Origin: Candidatus Omnitrophota bacterium
GTDB taxonomy: Bacteria; Omnitrophota; Gorgyraeia; Gygaellales; Profunditerraquicolaceae
NCBI GenBank assembly: GCA_043800555.1
Contig: JAZDMX010000015.1
Coordinates: 19,218 to 83,217, forward strand
Length of the DNA stretch: 64,000 nucleotides
Direction: 5' to 3'
Shown: one piece after another, positions 10,675-20,357 of the stretch
How the letters are laid out: every line of letters starts with the position of its first letter
Numbering within the stretch: the stretch's first letter is position 1
The notes under the pieces: generated by a model
Told to the model about the DNA's origin: nothing
Databases searched by the model: none
The model's input: the letters and a program-made list of their open reading frames with translations, nothing else
Program-made: the position numbers and the translations under genes

Positions 10675-11540
10675 ATTTTAATTTCCGGCTGTAGATTTAA
10701 TTTGAATTTGTCCTTAACCCGGCTTTTGATTAACCGCATCAACCGCAATACGTCCCTGCTGGATGCCTTGCCTTTGTTGAGTATAAAATTGGCGTGGCGC
10801 TCTGAAACAAAGGCGTCGCCTATATTCTTGCCTTTTAAGCCGCACAAATCAATTAACTCCCCCGCTGAAGCTTTCCCGGGATTCTTAAATATACAACCGG
10901 CATTAGGATAGCTCAAATCCTGGGTTTTACGCCGGAAGGCCGAGAACCTCGCGATATTTTCCTCTATCCGGGAGCGCTCTCCTTTTTTAAGCTCTAACAA
11001 GCTGCTCAAAATAATATATTTTTCCAGGTTCGACTTTCGGTAACCAAAACCAACCCGGCAATTTTTTAAATATTTTATCTTGCCATTGCGGTCCATAATT
11101 TCCACTTCTTTTACAAAATCGCCAAAACTATGCCCCCAGCATCCGGCATTCATCGCTAAAGCTCCGCCCACTGTCCCGGGTATGCCAACCAAAAACTCCA
11201 GGCCCTGCAATGACCGTTCCCTGGCAAACTTAATAAGCCAAGCCAGCGCTACGGCGCCTCCTGCCTTAATCAATCCGCCCCCGCCTCGAATCTCTTTAAA
11301 GCAAGGCGAATTAAGTTTTATAACCAACCCCTTAACCATTTTATCGCTAATCAGCAAGTTACTCCCGGCGCCTAAAACAAACACCGGCAGCTTCTTCTCC
11401 CGCGCCGCTTTAACCAACAGGCTAAGTTCTTTGCGGCCTGCCGGCTCACTAAAAAAAAGCGCGCCGGATCCGATCTTAAAAGTAGTCTTGCTTTTTAAAG
11501 GATAGTTATATTTTATTTTTAATTCTTTCGGCCAATTCAT
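10665..11540 (-). CDS. murB: UDP-N-acetylenolpyruvoylglucosamine reductase
   Basis: FAD-binding PCMH domain (LGAGSNLL, GIPGTVGGA) with a MurB C-terminal domain. It lies between murC and ddl. Confidence 0.9.
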   Translation of the reverse strand: MNWPKELKIKYNYPLKSKTTFKIGSGALFFSEPAGRKELSLLVKAAREKKLPVFVLGAGSNLLISDKMVKGLVIKLNSPCFKEIRGGGGLIKAGGAVALAWLIKFARERSLQGLEFLVGIPGTVGGALAMNAGCWGHSFGDFVKEVEIMDRNGKIKYLKNCRVGFGYRKSNLEKYIILSSLLELKKGERSRIEENIARFSAFRRKTQDLSYPNAGCIFKNPGKASAGELIDLCGLKGKNIGDAFVSERHANFILNKGKASSRDVLRLMRLIKSRVKDKFKLNLQPEIKIWK

Positions 11541-12873
11541 CGCTTACCTTTGCTATGTCGCCTGCGCCCAGGGTAATCAGCAGGTCCCCGGGTTTGATAA
11601 TTTCCTCTATATGCCCTATAATCTTATCTTTTGCAAAATAATCCACTGCCCTGGCTTTGCCCTGCCTCCTGATTTTATCAACCAATAAACTAGCGCCTAC
11701 TCCCTCGATAGGATTTTCGCTGGCTGCGTATATATCGGTGATAATAATATAATCTGCGTCTTGAAAACTTTTGGCGAAATCATCCAGGAGCAATTGCGTG
11801 CGGCTATAGCGGTGAGGTTGAAACACGGCGATAAGCCGGTTATGTTTTAACCTTTTGGCCGCCTTAAGCGTAGCTTGAATCTCTGTAGGATGGTGCGCGT
11901 AATCATCGATAAGCTTAAAGCTCTGGTTTTCGTATTTAATCTCCAGCCTCCTGCCTGCCCCTTTATATCCGGAGAGCGCTTTTCTGGTAAAACCTAAATC
12001 TATGCCTAATTCCATCCCTAAGGCTATCACGCTAAGGGCGTTGGAAATATTGTGCTCTCCACCCAAGGCTAGATTAAACCTGCCTAAAGAATTATTTTTA
12101 TAGATGCATTCGAACTCGCTGGATAAGCCCTTAAACTTAACATCCTTCGGGTAGATATCCGCGTTTTCATTCAATCCAAACAGGATATGCCGCTTCGAGC
12201 TGCCCCTTAGAATATCCGCCAGGTTTTTGTCATCCGCCGAGCCAAAAACACATCCTTCGATATCAGTTTTGTCAATAAATTCCCTAAAGGCATCTAATTC
12301 TTTCTCAAAACTCTTATAATAATCCAAATGCTCGCGATCAATATTGGTAATGATAGAATAGTTTGGCTTATAATACAAGAATGATCCGTCGGATTCATCT
12401 GCTTCGGCGACAAAAAACTTGCCCCCTCCCAAACAAGCGTTAGTTTCTATATTCTTCAATATCCCGCCGATGGCCACCGTCGGAAAAAGCCCGGCTTCAA
12501 GCAGTAAACAGGCGACTAGCGAGGTGGTCGTGGTTTTCCCGTGGCTGCCGGCGACAGCGATTACTCCCTTATCCTTCATAAGGCAGGCTAAAGCCTCGGC
12601 GCGCATAACTACGGATATACCCAAGCTTTTTGCCTGGGCGGCTTCAGGATTATCCCCCTTTACTGCCGACGAATACACCACTACATCCGCTCCATCCACA
12701 TTTTCAGCTTTGTGGCCGATAAAAATTTGCGCGCCCTTTTTTTCAAGTTCAAGCGTAACCGGGCTCTCCTTCAAATCCGAACCGCTTACTTTATATCCGC
12801 AATCCAAAAGCAGCTTAGCTATTCCGCTCATTCCGATTCCGCCTATGCCGATCAAATGATAATGTTTTTTCAT
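11506..12873 (-). CDS. murC: UDP-N-acetylmuramate--L-alanine ligase
   Basis: N-terminus HLIGIGGIGMSGIAKLL. Mur ligase P-loop GSHGKTTTTS. C-terminal Mur ligase domain. Confidence 0.95.
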   Translation of the reverse strand: MKKHYHLIGIGGIGMSGIAKLLLDCGYKVSGSDLKESPVTLELEKKGAQIFIGHKAENVDGADVVVYSSAVKGDNPEAAQAKSLGISVVMRAEALACLMKDKGVIAVAGSHGKTTTTSLVACLLLEAGLFPTVAIGGILKNIETNACLGGGKFFVAEADESDGSFLYYKPNYSIITNIDREHLDYYKSFEKELDAFREFIDKTDIEGCVFGSADDKNLADILRGSSKRHILFGLNENADIYPKDVKFKGLSSEFECIYKNNSLGRFNLALGGEHNISNALSVIALGMELGIDLGFTRKALSGYKGAGRRLEIKYENQSFKLIDDYAHHPTEIQATLKAAKRLKHNRLIAVFQPHRYSRTQLLLDDFAKSFQDADYIIITDIYAASENPIEGVGASLLVDKIRRQGKARAVDYFAKDKIIGHIEEIIKPGDLLITLGAGDIAKVSDELAERIKNKI

Positions 12874-13959
12874 TTATTTTAAAGACAATGCCGCATCCAC
12901 CAATAAATCTGAAGCGCTTCCCCCTGATAAACTGCTAAACCCTAAACGCATGCTTTCCAGTTTTACGCGGTCATTTACAAGCGCTTGGAAAGTCAGCTTT
13001 AAAATATCCTTATCTAACTCATCGTCGCTAATTACAATCGCGCATCCTTTATCTTTTAATATCGAGGCGTTCTTAAGCTGATGCGCATAAGCAAAAGGAT
13101 ACGGAGAGATAACCGCCGGAATTTCAAAAAATATTAGCTCCGATATGCTAGTAGCCCCGGCACGGGATACAACCAAATCGCTTGCGCTATAAGCCTGTTC
13201 GATATCTCCGAGAAAATCAAAAACCCTGGCGCTCAAATTCATCCGCCTGTAGCTTTCCTTAATATCCTCGAAATCGCCTGAACCGGCCAAATGAATTACC
13301 TGCATCGCCGAAAGGCTGCCTAATTTCGATACGGCCTTAAGGAATCCGGAGTTGATATTCCGGCTCCCCCGGCTCCCGCCCATGACCAATATTGTAAATT
13401 TATCCTTGGCCAAGCCAAAAAAATCCAGGGCCCTGGCTTTATCAATTTTTTTTATCTGTTTTCGTAAGGGATTTCCGGTGAGCGTTAACTTCTGCCGGTT
13501 TAAGCTAAAATAATATTCGGATTCGGCAAAAGAAACAGCTACCCGGTCAACAAAACGCGCCAATAACCTGTTGGCCTTGCCGGGCAAAACATTCTGCTCG
13601 TGGATCATTGTCTTAATCCTAAAGAACCAAGCGATAAGGACACAAGGGATAGAATCAAGGCTCCCAAAACCAACCACTAGATCCGGCTTAAATTCAATAA
13701 TTATATTAAAACTCTCCCAGGCCCCCTTCAGGAATTTAGCTAAGGCTAAAATATTGGCCGGAGTAATTCCCGCGGTGATAGTTGCGGTAGAGATATATTT
13801 TATTTTACAGTCCCCTAATGATACCCCCGGCTTAAGGCCTCTTTCAGGAAGGACTAAGAGAGCATCTATCCCGCTATCTTTTTCTTTTAGCGCTTGGATA
13901 AAACTAACCGCGGGAAAAATATGCCCGCCGCTGGCACCCGTAACAATCAAAACCCGCAT
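12874..13959 (-). CDS. murG: UDP-GlcNAc:undecaprenyl-PP-MurNAc-pentapeptide GlcNAc transferase
   Basis: N-terminal G-loop GASGGHIFPA. GT-B fold glycosyltransferase of 361 aa. Confidence 0.95.
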   Translation of the reverse strand: MRVLIVTGASGGHIFPAVSFIQALKEKDSGIDALLVLPERGLKPGVSLGDCKIKYISTATITAGITPANILALAKFLKGAWESFNIIIEFKPDLVVGFGSLDSIPCVLIAWFFRIKTMIHEQNVLPGKANRLLARFVDRVAVSFAESEYYFSLNRQKLTLTGNPLRKQIKKIDKARALDFFGLAKDKFTILVMGGSRGSRNINSGFLKAVSKLGSLSAMQVIHLAGSGDFEDIKESYRRMNLSARVFDFLGDIEQAYSASDLVVSRAGATSISELIFFEIPAVISPYPFAYAHQLKNASILKDKGCAIVISDDELDKDILKLTFQALVNDRVKLESMRLGFSSLSGGSASDLLVDAALSLK

Positions 13960-13998
13960 ATTTATTAATCCTATATTAATTTACAAATTACCGAACCC

Positions 13999-14041
13999 AT
14001 TCCAAACCCGCATTGGAATTATTCCAATGCGGGTTTGGAAT
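13999..14041. repeat. 43-nt perfect palindrome made of two inverted copies of TTCCAAACCCGCATTGGAA (each itself a TTCCAA-N7-TTGGAA hairpin)
   Basis: Sequence: attccaaacccgcattggaat-t-attccaatgcgggtttggaat, equal to its own reverse complement. It lies in the ftsW-murG spacer. A related single copy occurs at 36107-36146. Confidence 0.8.
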
Positions 14042-14049
14042 TGGTAATT

Positions 14050-15144
14050 TTAGGGGTATTCTCCGGAGCGGGCAATATTTACCAGTATCCCGACGCTAAT
14101 CATATCAAAGATGAAGGACGATCCCCCATAGCTGATAAACGGCAGCGGCAACCCCTTGGTAGGAAGCACCCCGCAAGATACGCCTATATTTATTGCAGCC
14201 CTAAACGCAATCATTGCCAAAAGCCCCAAAGCAAGAAAATAGCCAAACCTGTCCGGGGCATTCTTAATTACCTTAATCCCCTGCTGGACAAAAATTATAA
14301 ATAAGACGATAACTCCGATAGTCCCCAATAATCCCAGCTCTTCCCCGATTATCGAAAAGATAAAATCCGTGTGCGCAGCCGGCAGATAAAACAGTTTTTG
14401 CTTGGAATGCCCCAGGCCTACTCCGAATAACCCTCCGGAACCCAAAGCTAGTTGCGACTGGATTATCTGGAACCCGCTTCCCTTGGGGTCAGCCCAGGGG
14501 TTTAAAAAAGCTAAAATGCGCGCCCTGCGGTAAGCCACATGAAAAACCAAAACATACAAAACAGGCAGAAAGCTTAAAATTAAGGAGAGTATATAAACCG
14601 GGCGCACTCCGGACACAAAAAGCATGATAAAAACCACTACCCCCAAAGCTAAAGTGCTTCCTAAATCCGGCTGGACGACGATTAACCCTGAGCAAAGGCC
14701 TAAAACACATACCGGCGGCAAAAAACCTTTGGAAAAAGTTTTAATTAAATTGCCTTTCCGGGAAATAAAATCCGCAATGTAGATAATAACGGCTAAGCCC
14801 GCCAGCTCCGAAGGTTGAAAACTTAAAAACTTAAACCTAAACCACCTGCGCGCCCCGCTCACTTCCCTCCCCAAACCGGGGACCAAGACCAAAAGCAATA
14901 AGATTATGGAAATAATCAACAGCGGGCGGGATATCTGCCTAAGTTTATGGTAATCAATGCTCATAAAGAAAAACGTCAGAATCGCACCAATAAGCATGAA
15001 AATAAGATGCCTTTTCAAGAAGAAAAAACTATCTTTATACCTTTCCCAGGCGTAAATACTGGAGGAGCTATAGATCATTATAATCCCTATGCACATAAGG
15101 ATTACGGTAACTGCGAATAAGCTTATTCTTATATTACGGGCCAC
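14050..15144 (-). CDS. ftsW: peptidoglycan glycosyltransferase FtsW (SEDS family)
   Basis: 364 aa with about 10 transmembrane helices. SEDS motifs are present (PDLGS, large loop, GGSS at the C-terminus). Position between murD and murG fits ftsW. Confidence 0.9.
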   Translation of the reverse strand: MARNIRISLFAVTVILMCIGIIMIYSSSSIYAWERYKDSFFFLKRHLIFMLIGAILTFFFMSIDYHKLRQISRPLLIISIILLLLVLVPGLGREVSGARRWFRFKFLSFQPSELAGLAVIIYIADFISRKGNLIKTFSKGFLPPVCVLGLCSGLIVVQPDLGSTLALGVVVFIMLFVSGVRPVYILSLILSFLPVLYVLVFHVAYRRARILAFLNPWADPKGSGFQIIQSQLALGSGGLFGVGLGHSKQKLFYLPAAHTDFIFSIIGEELGLLGTIGVIVLFIIFVQQGIKVIKNAPDRFGYFLALGLLAMIAFRAAINIGVSCGVLPTKGLPLPFISYGGSSFIFDMISVGILVNIARSGEYP

Positions 15145-15146
15145 GA

Positions 15147-16409
15147 CTACCCCTTGGCTAATTTATCGACCAAATCTTTAAAAATCTTACCCCGCTCTTC
15201 GTAGTTTAAAAACATATCGAAACTCTTGCACATGGGAGAAAATAAAACACAGTCTCCTGCGCTTGCTAAACTAAAAGACTTTTCCACCGCTTCAGCCAAA
15301 GTTTCCGCTACAACTGTTCTTACGGAAGGACTAAGCGCTTTTTTTATTTTCTCTTTAGCTTCTCCGATGACAACCGCGGCTTTGACTTTTTTACGCGCCA
15401 ATTCCAGGACCGGGCCATAATCATTGCCTTTTTCCCTTCCCCCGGCAATTAAAACCAACGGCTCAACCAGATTATTCATGGCCCAGACAGTCGCCTCGGT
15501 GGTTGTGGATTTAGAATCGTTAATAAACCTCACTCCGTTTATTTTAAGAACCTCCTCCAGGCGGTGCTCAACGCCATTAAAGCCCCTAAAGGCCTCCAAC
15601 GCAATATCCTTATTTATTCCTAATAGATAAGCTACTTTCAAGACTGCCGACTGATTGAGATCTAAGCCGCTCTCCTTATGGAAATAAACGGTTTTTGCTT
15701 TTGCTTCATCCGCTAAAGAGCGGATAAGCGGATCGTCATAATTCAAAACCAAATAATCCGAAGATCCCTGGTTCCGGAATACGCGCTTCTTAGCCGCCAG
15801 GTAATCCCGCATATCTTTGTAACGGTCAAGATGGTTCCGGCTCAAATTAAGAATAACTGAAATCTTAGGCCTAAAGGTATCTATATGCTCCAATTGGAAA
15901 GAGCTTATTTCAAGCGAAACAAAATCCCCCGCCTTCATTTTGCCGATTTCGGAAGAAAATGGCTTGCCGATATTGCCGCAAACAAACACCCGCTTCTTTG
16001 CCGCTTCAAGTACCCTGCCGATTAAGGTCGTAACCGTAGTTTTGCCGTTGGTCCCGGTTATGGCGATAACTTCAGCGGGACAAAACATCCAGGCTAACTC
16101 GACTTCGCTAATCACGCGGGAGCCTTCTTCTTGAGCCCAGGTAACAGGCAAAGCTTCATTAGGGACCCCGGGAGAAATAACTACGATATCCTTACCCCTG
16201 GAAAAATCGCGCGAATGCCCGCCTACTTCTACTCTAATTTCTTTAGATTTTAATCCGCTAAGGCTCAAACGGACAAGCTCGTTATCCTGATTATCGGTAA
16301 TAAAAACCCTGGCGCCTAAATCATAGAGGAGATTAGCCGAAGCTACGCCGCTGCGCGCAATGCCGACAACAAGCGCATCCTTACCCTTAAAATAATCTTT
16401 GTTTATCAT
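15147..16409 (-). CDS. murD: UDP-N-acetylmuramoylalanine--D-glutamate ligase
   Basis: Mur ligase P-loop GTNGKTT, N-terminal Rossmann-like domain, canonical dcw position. Confidence 0.95.
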   Translation of the reverse strand: MINKDYFKGKDALVVGIARSGVASANLLYDLGARVFITDNQDNELVRLSLSGLKSKEIRVEVGGHSRDFSRGKDIVVISPGVPNEALPVTWAQEEGSRVISEVELAWMFCPAEVIAITGTNGKTTVTTLIGRVLEAAKKRVFVCGNIGKPFSSEIGKMKAGDFVSLEISSFQLEHIDTFRPKISVILNLSRNHLDRYKDMRDYLAAKKRVFRNQGSSDYLVLNYDDPLIRSLADEAKAKTVYFHKESGLDLNQSAVLKVAYLLGINKDIALEAFRGFNGVEHRLEEVLKINGVRFINDSKSTTTEATVWAMNNLVEPLVLIAGGREKGNDYGPVLELARKKVKAAVVIGEAKEKIKKALSPSVRTVVAETLAEAVEKSFSLASAGDCVLFSPMCKSFDMFLNYEERGKIFKDLVDKLAKG

Positions 16410-16506
16410 AACGCTTCAAATGAGGAAACAGGCAATAATCAACGGACAGCAATTAAACCATCCTTCCCTTAATTAACCCGTTATTCGCTTTTGGCGTAAT
16501 TATTCA

Positions 16507-17595
16507 CTAGCGAATCTTCAAAGTCACTATTGCCAGGAGAGCCAGGAGCCCGGCGATAATCCAAAACCTGACAATAACTTTATTCTCCGGCCAGTTAAGA
16601 AATTGAAAGTGGTGGTGAAGCGGCGCAATCTTAAAAATCCTTTTCTTAGTCAGGCGGAATGACCCTACTTGTAAGATTACGGATAACGCCTCGATTACAA
16701 ATATGCCCCCCACAATGACTAAAAGCAATTCTTTGCGGATTAACAACGCGACTGTCCCCAACGCTCCGCCTAAAGCCAAGGACCCCACATCCCCCATAAA
16801 AATGGATGCCGGATAACAATTAAACCAGAGGAACCCCAATCCAGCGCCTAAGATACTTGCGCAAAATACCGTAAGCTCACCGCTACCTTTAATATAGGGC
16901 ACAAGTAAATACTCGCTTAACTTTATGTTCCCGGAAACATAACATAAAATACTAAAGGCCAGGGCCACCATGACCACAATACCGATAGCTAAACCATCCA
17001 GGCCATCAGTGAGGTTTACGGCATTAGATGTCCCGGCTACGACTAAAATGACAAAGACTACGTAAAGCCCGTCCAAATCCAAAGCCAAATCTTTTATAAA
17101 AGGGACGTCGAGTTTAAGGCTGTTCTGAAAACCGATTAAGAAGATTACGCCGAGTATTAATCCTAATATAACCTGGCTGGCCAGCTTTGTCTTAACGCTC
17201 AAGCCTTTGGCCTTATTCTTTACTTGCTTTAAATAATCGTCGGCAAATCCGGTAACCCCAAGCCAGCTCGTGCTAAAAAGCACAACCAATATATACTTAT
17301 TTGACATATCCGCCCATAAGAGAGTAGCGCCGACTACCGCCGCTAAAATAATGAGCCCGCCCATAGTGGGAGTATCGTTTTTAGAGCGGTGCAAATCATC
17401 CAGCCTCAAGCTGTCACCCTTATTGATTCTTTCCCCCACCTTTAACGCTTTCAGCCTCCTGATAACGATTGGGCCCAATATTAGGCTGATGGCAAAGCTG
17501 GTAAGGACGGCCATGGCCGAGCGAAAGGTAATGTAACGAAAGATATTAAAAGCAGAAAATATGTCGTGGAACGGATAAAGAAAATTATAGAGCAT
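16507..17595 (-). CDS. mraY: phospho-N-acetylmuramoyl-pentapeptide transferase
   Basis: N-terminus MLYNFLYP...FNIFRYITFRS. Polytopic membrane protein with the DD(x)D and HHH motifs of MraY. Confidence 0.95.
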   Translation of the reverse strand: MLYNFLYPFHDIFSAFNIFRYITFRSAMAVLTSFAISLILGPIVIRRLKALKVGERINKGDSLRLDDLHRSKNDTPTMGGLIILAAVVGATLLWADMSNKYILVVLFSTSWLGVTGFADDYLKQVKNKAKGLSVKTKLASQVILGLILGVIFLIGFQNSLKLDVPFIKDLALDLDGLYVVFVILVVAGTSNAVNLTDGLDGLAIGIVVMVALAFSILCYVSGNIKLSEYLLVPYIKGSGELTVFCASILGAGLGFLWFNCYPASIFMGDVGSLALGGALGTVALLIRKELLLVIVGGIFVIEALSVILQVGSFRLTKKRIFKIAPLHHHFQFLNWPENKVIVRFWIIAGLLALLAIVTLKIR

Positions 17596-18942
17596 CTATA
17601 TTTTAAAAGCCTTTTCCATCTGCATGGCGCGGGAACCCTTAACCAAAACAATATCCCCGGGCCTTACCCTTATCGTTTCAAACAAAACACTCCTGGCTTC
17701 GGATGAAGTTTGACAGCTAAATATGTTCCTCTTCTGGCGGCTTAACTTGTTTAAACAGCTTTTTGTAATATTGCCTACGGTAACTATCGCGTCAGTAATT
17801 TTAAGCGCCTGATTTAGGACCTCGCCGTGCAAGGCCATACTCCGAGCTCCCAATTCAAGCATATCTCCCATGACGAGGATCTTCCTGCCGCTGGTTACAG
17901 AGCCCTTCAAAACCCCTAAAGCCTGCTTCATAGAAAGGGGGTTTGAATTATAGGTATCATCAATAAACCTTACGCCTTTTATCTCCAGAAAACTTAACCT
18001 TCCCTTAGGCAACTTAAACCCGGCTAAGCGGCCGGATATCTCCCGGTACCCTAAGCCGAAAATCCTGCCTGCGGCTATAGCTAAAAGGCTATTGTAGATA
18101 TTATAATACCCCGGGGCATCTAATGCAAACCTAAATCTTTTGTTTACCGTAAAACTTGCTTTAGCGCGGATATAGCTGATCTCCGAAGCCCGAAAATCAC
18201 ATTTATTCTTTATGCCCGAACCGATAACAAACGGCGGGCATTCTTTTTTTAACGCCTCTTTCCTCAAAAATTCATCATCCGCGTTCAAGATAGCGATAGC
18301 GGGGCTATTAAGGCTTTTGATCAATCCGGATTTTTCCTTAAGAACACCCTTTAAATCCTTAAAAGACTCCAAATGTGACGGGCCTATGTTGGTGATAACG
18401 CCGATATTCGCCTGGGCTATCCGGCTAAGATATTTTACTTCTCCGGGATGATTTGTCCCTACCTCTAAAACCGCCACGTCATAAGAATTGTCCAATTGAA
18501 GCAATGCAAGCGGAAGGCCAATATGGTTATTTTTTGTCCCTTCATTTTTAAGGACTTTTAATTCTTCGGCAAGAACCCAAGCTATCATATCCTTAGCCGT
18601 AGTTTTGCCGTTTGAGCCGGTTACCGCAATAACCGGGATATCCCTGAACCTCCCGCGATGGAACCTGGCGATATCCCCTAAGGCCCTGGTTGTATCCTTA
18701 ACCTTAATAAAGGTTACGCCTTTTTTCTTTGCTTCCTTACGGGTTATGATACAGCTAGCGCCTTTTTTGGCTGCTGCATCGATAAAATCATGGCCGTCAA
18801 ACTTATCCCCCTTAATCGCAATAAAAACCTCGCCCTTCTTGACAGTGCGCGAATCGATGGAAACGCCTTTAACGGTTACACCAACGCTACCGGAAACAAG
18901 CTTACCCCGGGTAGCCCTCAATAATTCAGGGACATCAAACAT
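17596..18942 (-). CDS. murF: UDP-N-acetylmuramoyl-tripeptide--D-alanyl-D-alanine ligase
   Basis: Mur ligase P-loop GSNGKTT. MurF-type N-terminus. Position after murE. Confidence 0.95.
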   Translation of the reverse strand: MFDVPELLRATRGKLVSGSVGVTVKGVSIDSRTVKKGEVFIAIKGDKFDGHDFIDAAAKKGASCIITRKEAKKKGVTFIKVKDTTRALGDIARFHRGRFRDIPVIAVTGSNGKTTAKDMIAWVLAEELKVLKNEGTKNNHIGLPLALLQLDNSYDVAVLEVGTNHPGEVKYLSRIAQANIGVITNIGPSHLESFKDLKGVLKEKSGLIKSLNSPAIAILNADDEFLRKEALKKECPPFVIGSGIKNKCDFRASEISYIRAKASFTVNKRFRFALDAPGYYNIYNSLLAIAAGRIFGLGYREISGRLAGFKLPKGRLSFLEIKGVRFIDDTYNSNPLSMKQALGVLKGSVTSGRKILVMGDMLELGARSMALHGEVLNQALKITDAIVTVGNITKSCLNKLSRQKRNIFSCQTSSEARSVLFETIRVRPGDIVLVKGSRAMQMEKAFKI

Positions 18943-20357
18943 GCCTCGGCTTCCTCCCGGTCATTAAAATGAACGATTTTGTCTTTTAACACCTGGCAAT
19001 TCTCGTGGCCTTTGCCGGCCAATAAAACAATATCTCCTGGCTTGGCCATCGATAGGGCCTCCCGTATCGCCTTTTGCCTATCTAAAATCACGCAATAATT
19101 ATCATTCAATATGCCCTTTTTTATATCCCTGGCTATATCCGAGGGGTCTTCCGAACGAGGGTTATCGCTGGTAACTATTGCGAAATCCGATAACCTGCTT
19201 ACGACCTTCCCCATTTTCGGGCGCTTGAGCTTATCGCGTTCTCCGCCGCAGCCAAAAACGGTAATGATTCTTTCAGGCGACAATTGCCTTAAAGCGCCAA
19301 GCGCTTCTTTTAAGGCATCCTCCGTATGCGCGTAGTCAACAAATACGCAAAAACCCCCTTTTTCGGAATCTATCCGCTCAAGCCTGCCGGGGACAGACGA
19401 AAACTTTTCAAAAGCAGATCTGATGATTTCTAAACTTAATCCTTCCTTTATGGCCCAAGCGGATGCGGCTAACATATTATACACGTTATGCCTCCCGATT
19501 AATTTTGTCTTTAACCTTGTTTTACTCCTGCGCAAACAGAGGTTGAATTCCGTATACCCGGGGCCAAACCTGATATCCCTGGCTGTTACATCCGCCTTCT
19601 TATTTATTCCATAGGTAATTATTTTAGCGGGCGTAATTTTCTTCAGCTTGGAGCTATGCTTATCGTCGTTATTAATTACGACGAATGATCCGGGGCTGAT
19701 ACCCTTAAATAGCTTTGCCTTGGCCTGGAAATAATTAGCCAGCGTTTTATGATAATCCAGGTGGTCCTGAGCCAGGTTGGTAAATATCGCCGAATGAAAA
19801 TCTATGCGCCCAACCCTATCCTGCTCCAAAGCGTGCGAAGAGGCCTCCATAACTACATAATCTATGCCTCTTTTAACCATCTCCGATAACATCGACTGAA
19901 GCTCCAGAGATCCGGGAGTCGTATTCTTTGCCGGCTTGACTACGCCCTTAAAGCGGTAGTTAACCGTGCCGATTACCGCCGGGCTTAAGCCAGCCTCCTT
20001 GAGCAACGCTTCCAACAGGTAGGTAACCGTTGTCTTGCCGTTAGTCCCGGTAACCCCGATTACTTTTGTTTTTACGGATGGGTTCTTGTAAAAAGATGCC
20101 GCAAGGTTCCCCAGCGCCAAACGCGTATTATTTACTCTTATGAAAACCTCCGGATTAGCCCGGCCCGGGCCGTCCTTAGAATCGCAAACTATGAATTTAG
20201 CGCCTTTAGCCAACGCTTCATCAATAAATTTACTTCCGTCCTTTTTAGCGCCTTTAACCGCCACGAAAACAAAACCTCTTTTAATCCGCTTGGAATCAGA
20301 ACTTATCCCGCTGACTTTACCCTTTTTGATTAAATTAATCAGCTCTTCTATTCGCAT
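18918..20357 (-). CDS. murE: UDP-N-acetylmuramoyl-L-alanyl-D-glutamate--2,6-diaminopimelate ligase
   Basis: P-loop GTNGKTT. DNPR motif (TSDNPRSEDP) typical of meso-DAP-adding MurE. Confidence 0.95.
   Translation of the reverse strand: MRIEELINLIKKGKVSGISSDSKRIKRGFVFVAVKGAKKDGSKFIDEALAKGAKFIVCDSKDGPGRANPEVFIRVNNTRLALGNLAASFYKNPSVKTKVIGVTGTNGKTTVTYLLEALLKEAGLSPAVIGTVNYRFKGVVKPAKNTTPGSLELQSMLSEMVKRGIDYVVMEASSHALEQDRVGRIDFHSAIFTNLAQDHLDYHKTLANYFQAKAKLFKGISPGSFVVINNDDKHSSKLKKITPAKIITYGINKKADVTARDIRFGPGYTEFNLCLRRSKTRLKTKLIGRHNVYNMLAASAWAIKEGLSLEIIRSAFEKFSSVPGRLERIDSEKGGFCVFVDYAHTEDALKEALGALRQLSPERIITVFGCGGERDKLKRPKMGKVVSRLSDFAIVTSDNPRSEDPSDIARDIKKGILNDNYCVILDRQKAIREALSMAKPGDIVLLAGKGHENCQVLKDKIVHFNDREEAEACLMSLNY

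Noticed and set aside
14489-14710. 73-aa same-strand ORF
   Set aside because: It lies inside ftsW in another frame. It is Cys/Phe-rich nonsense.
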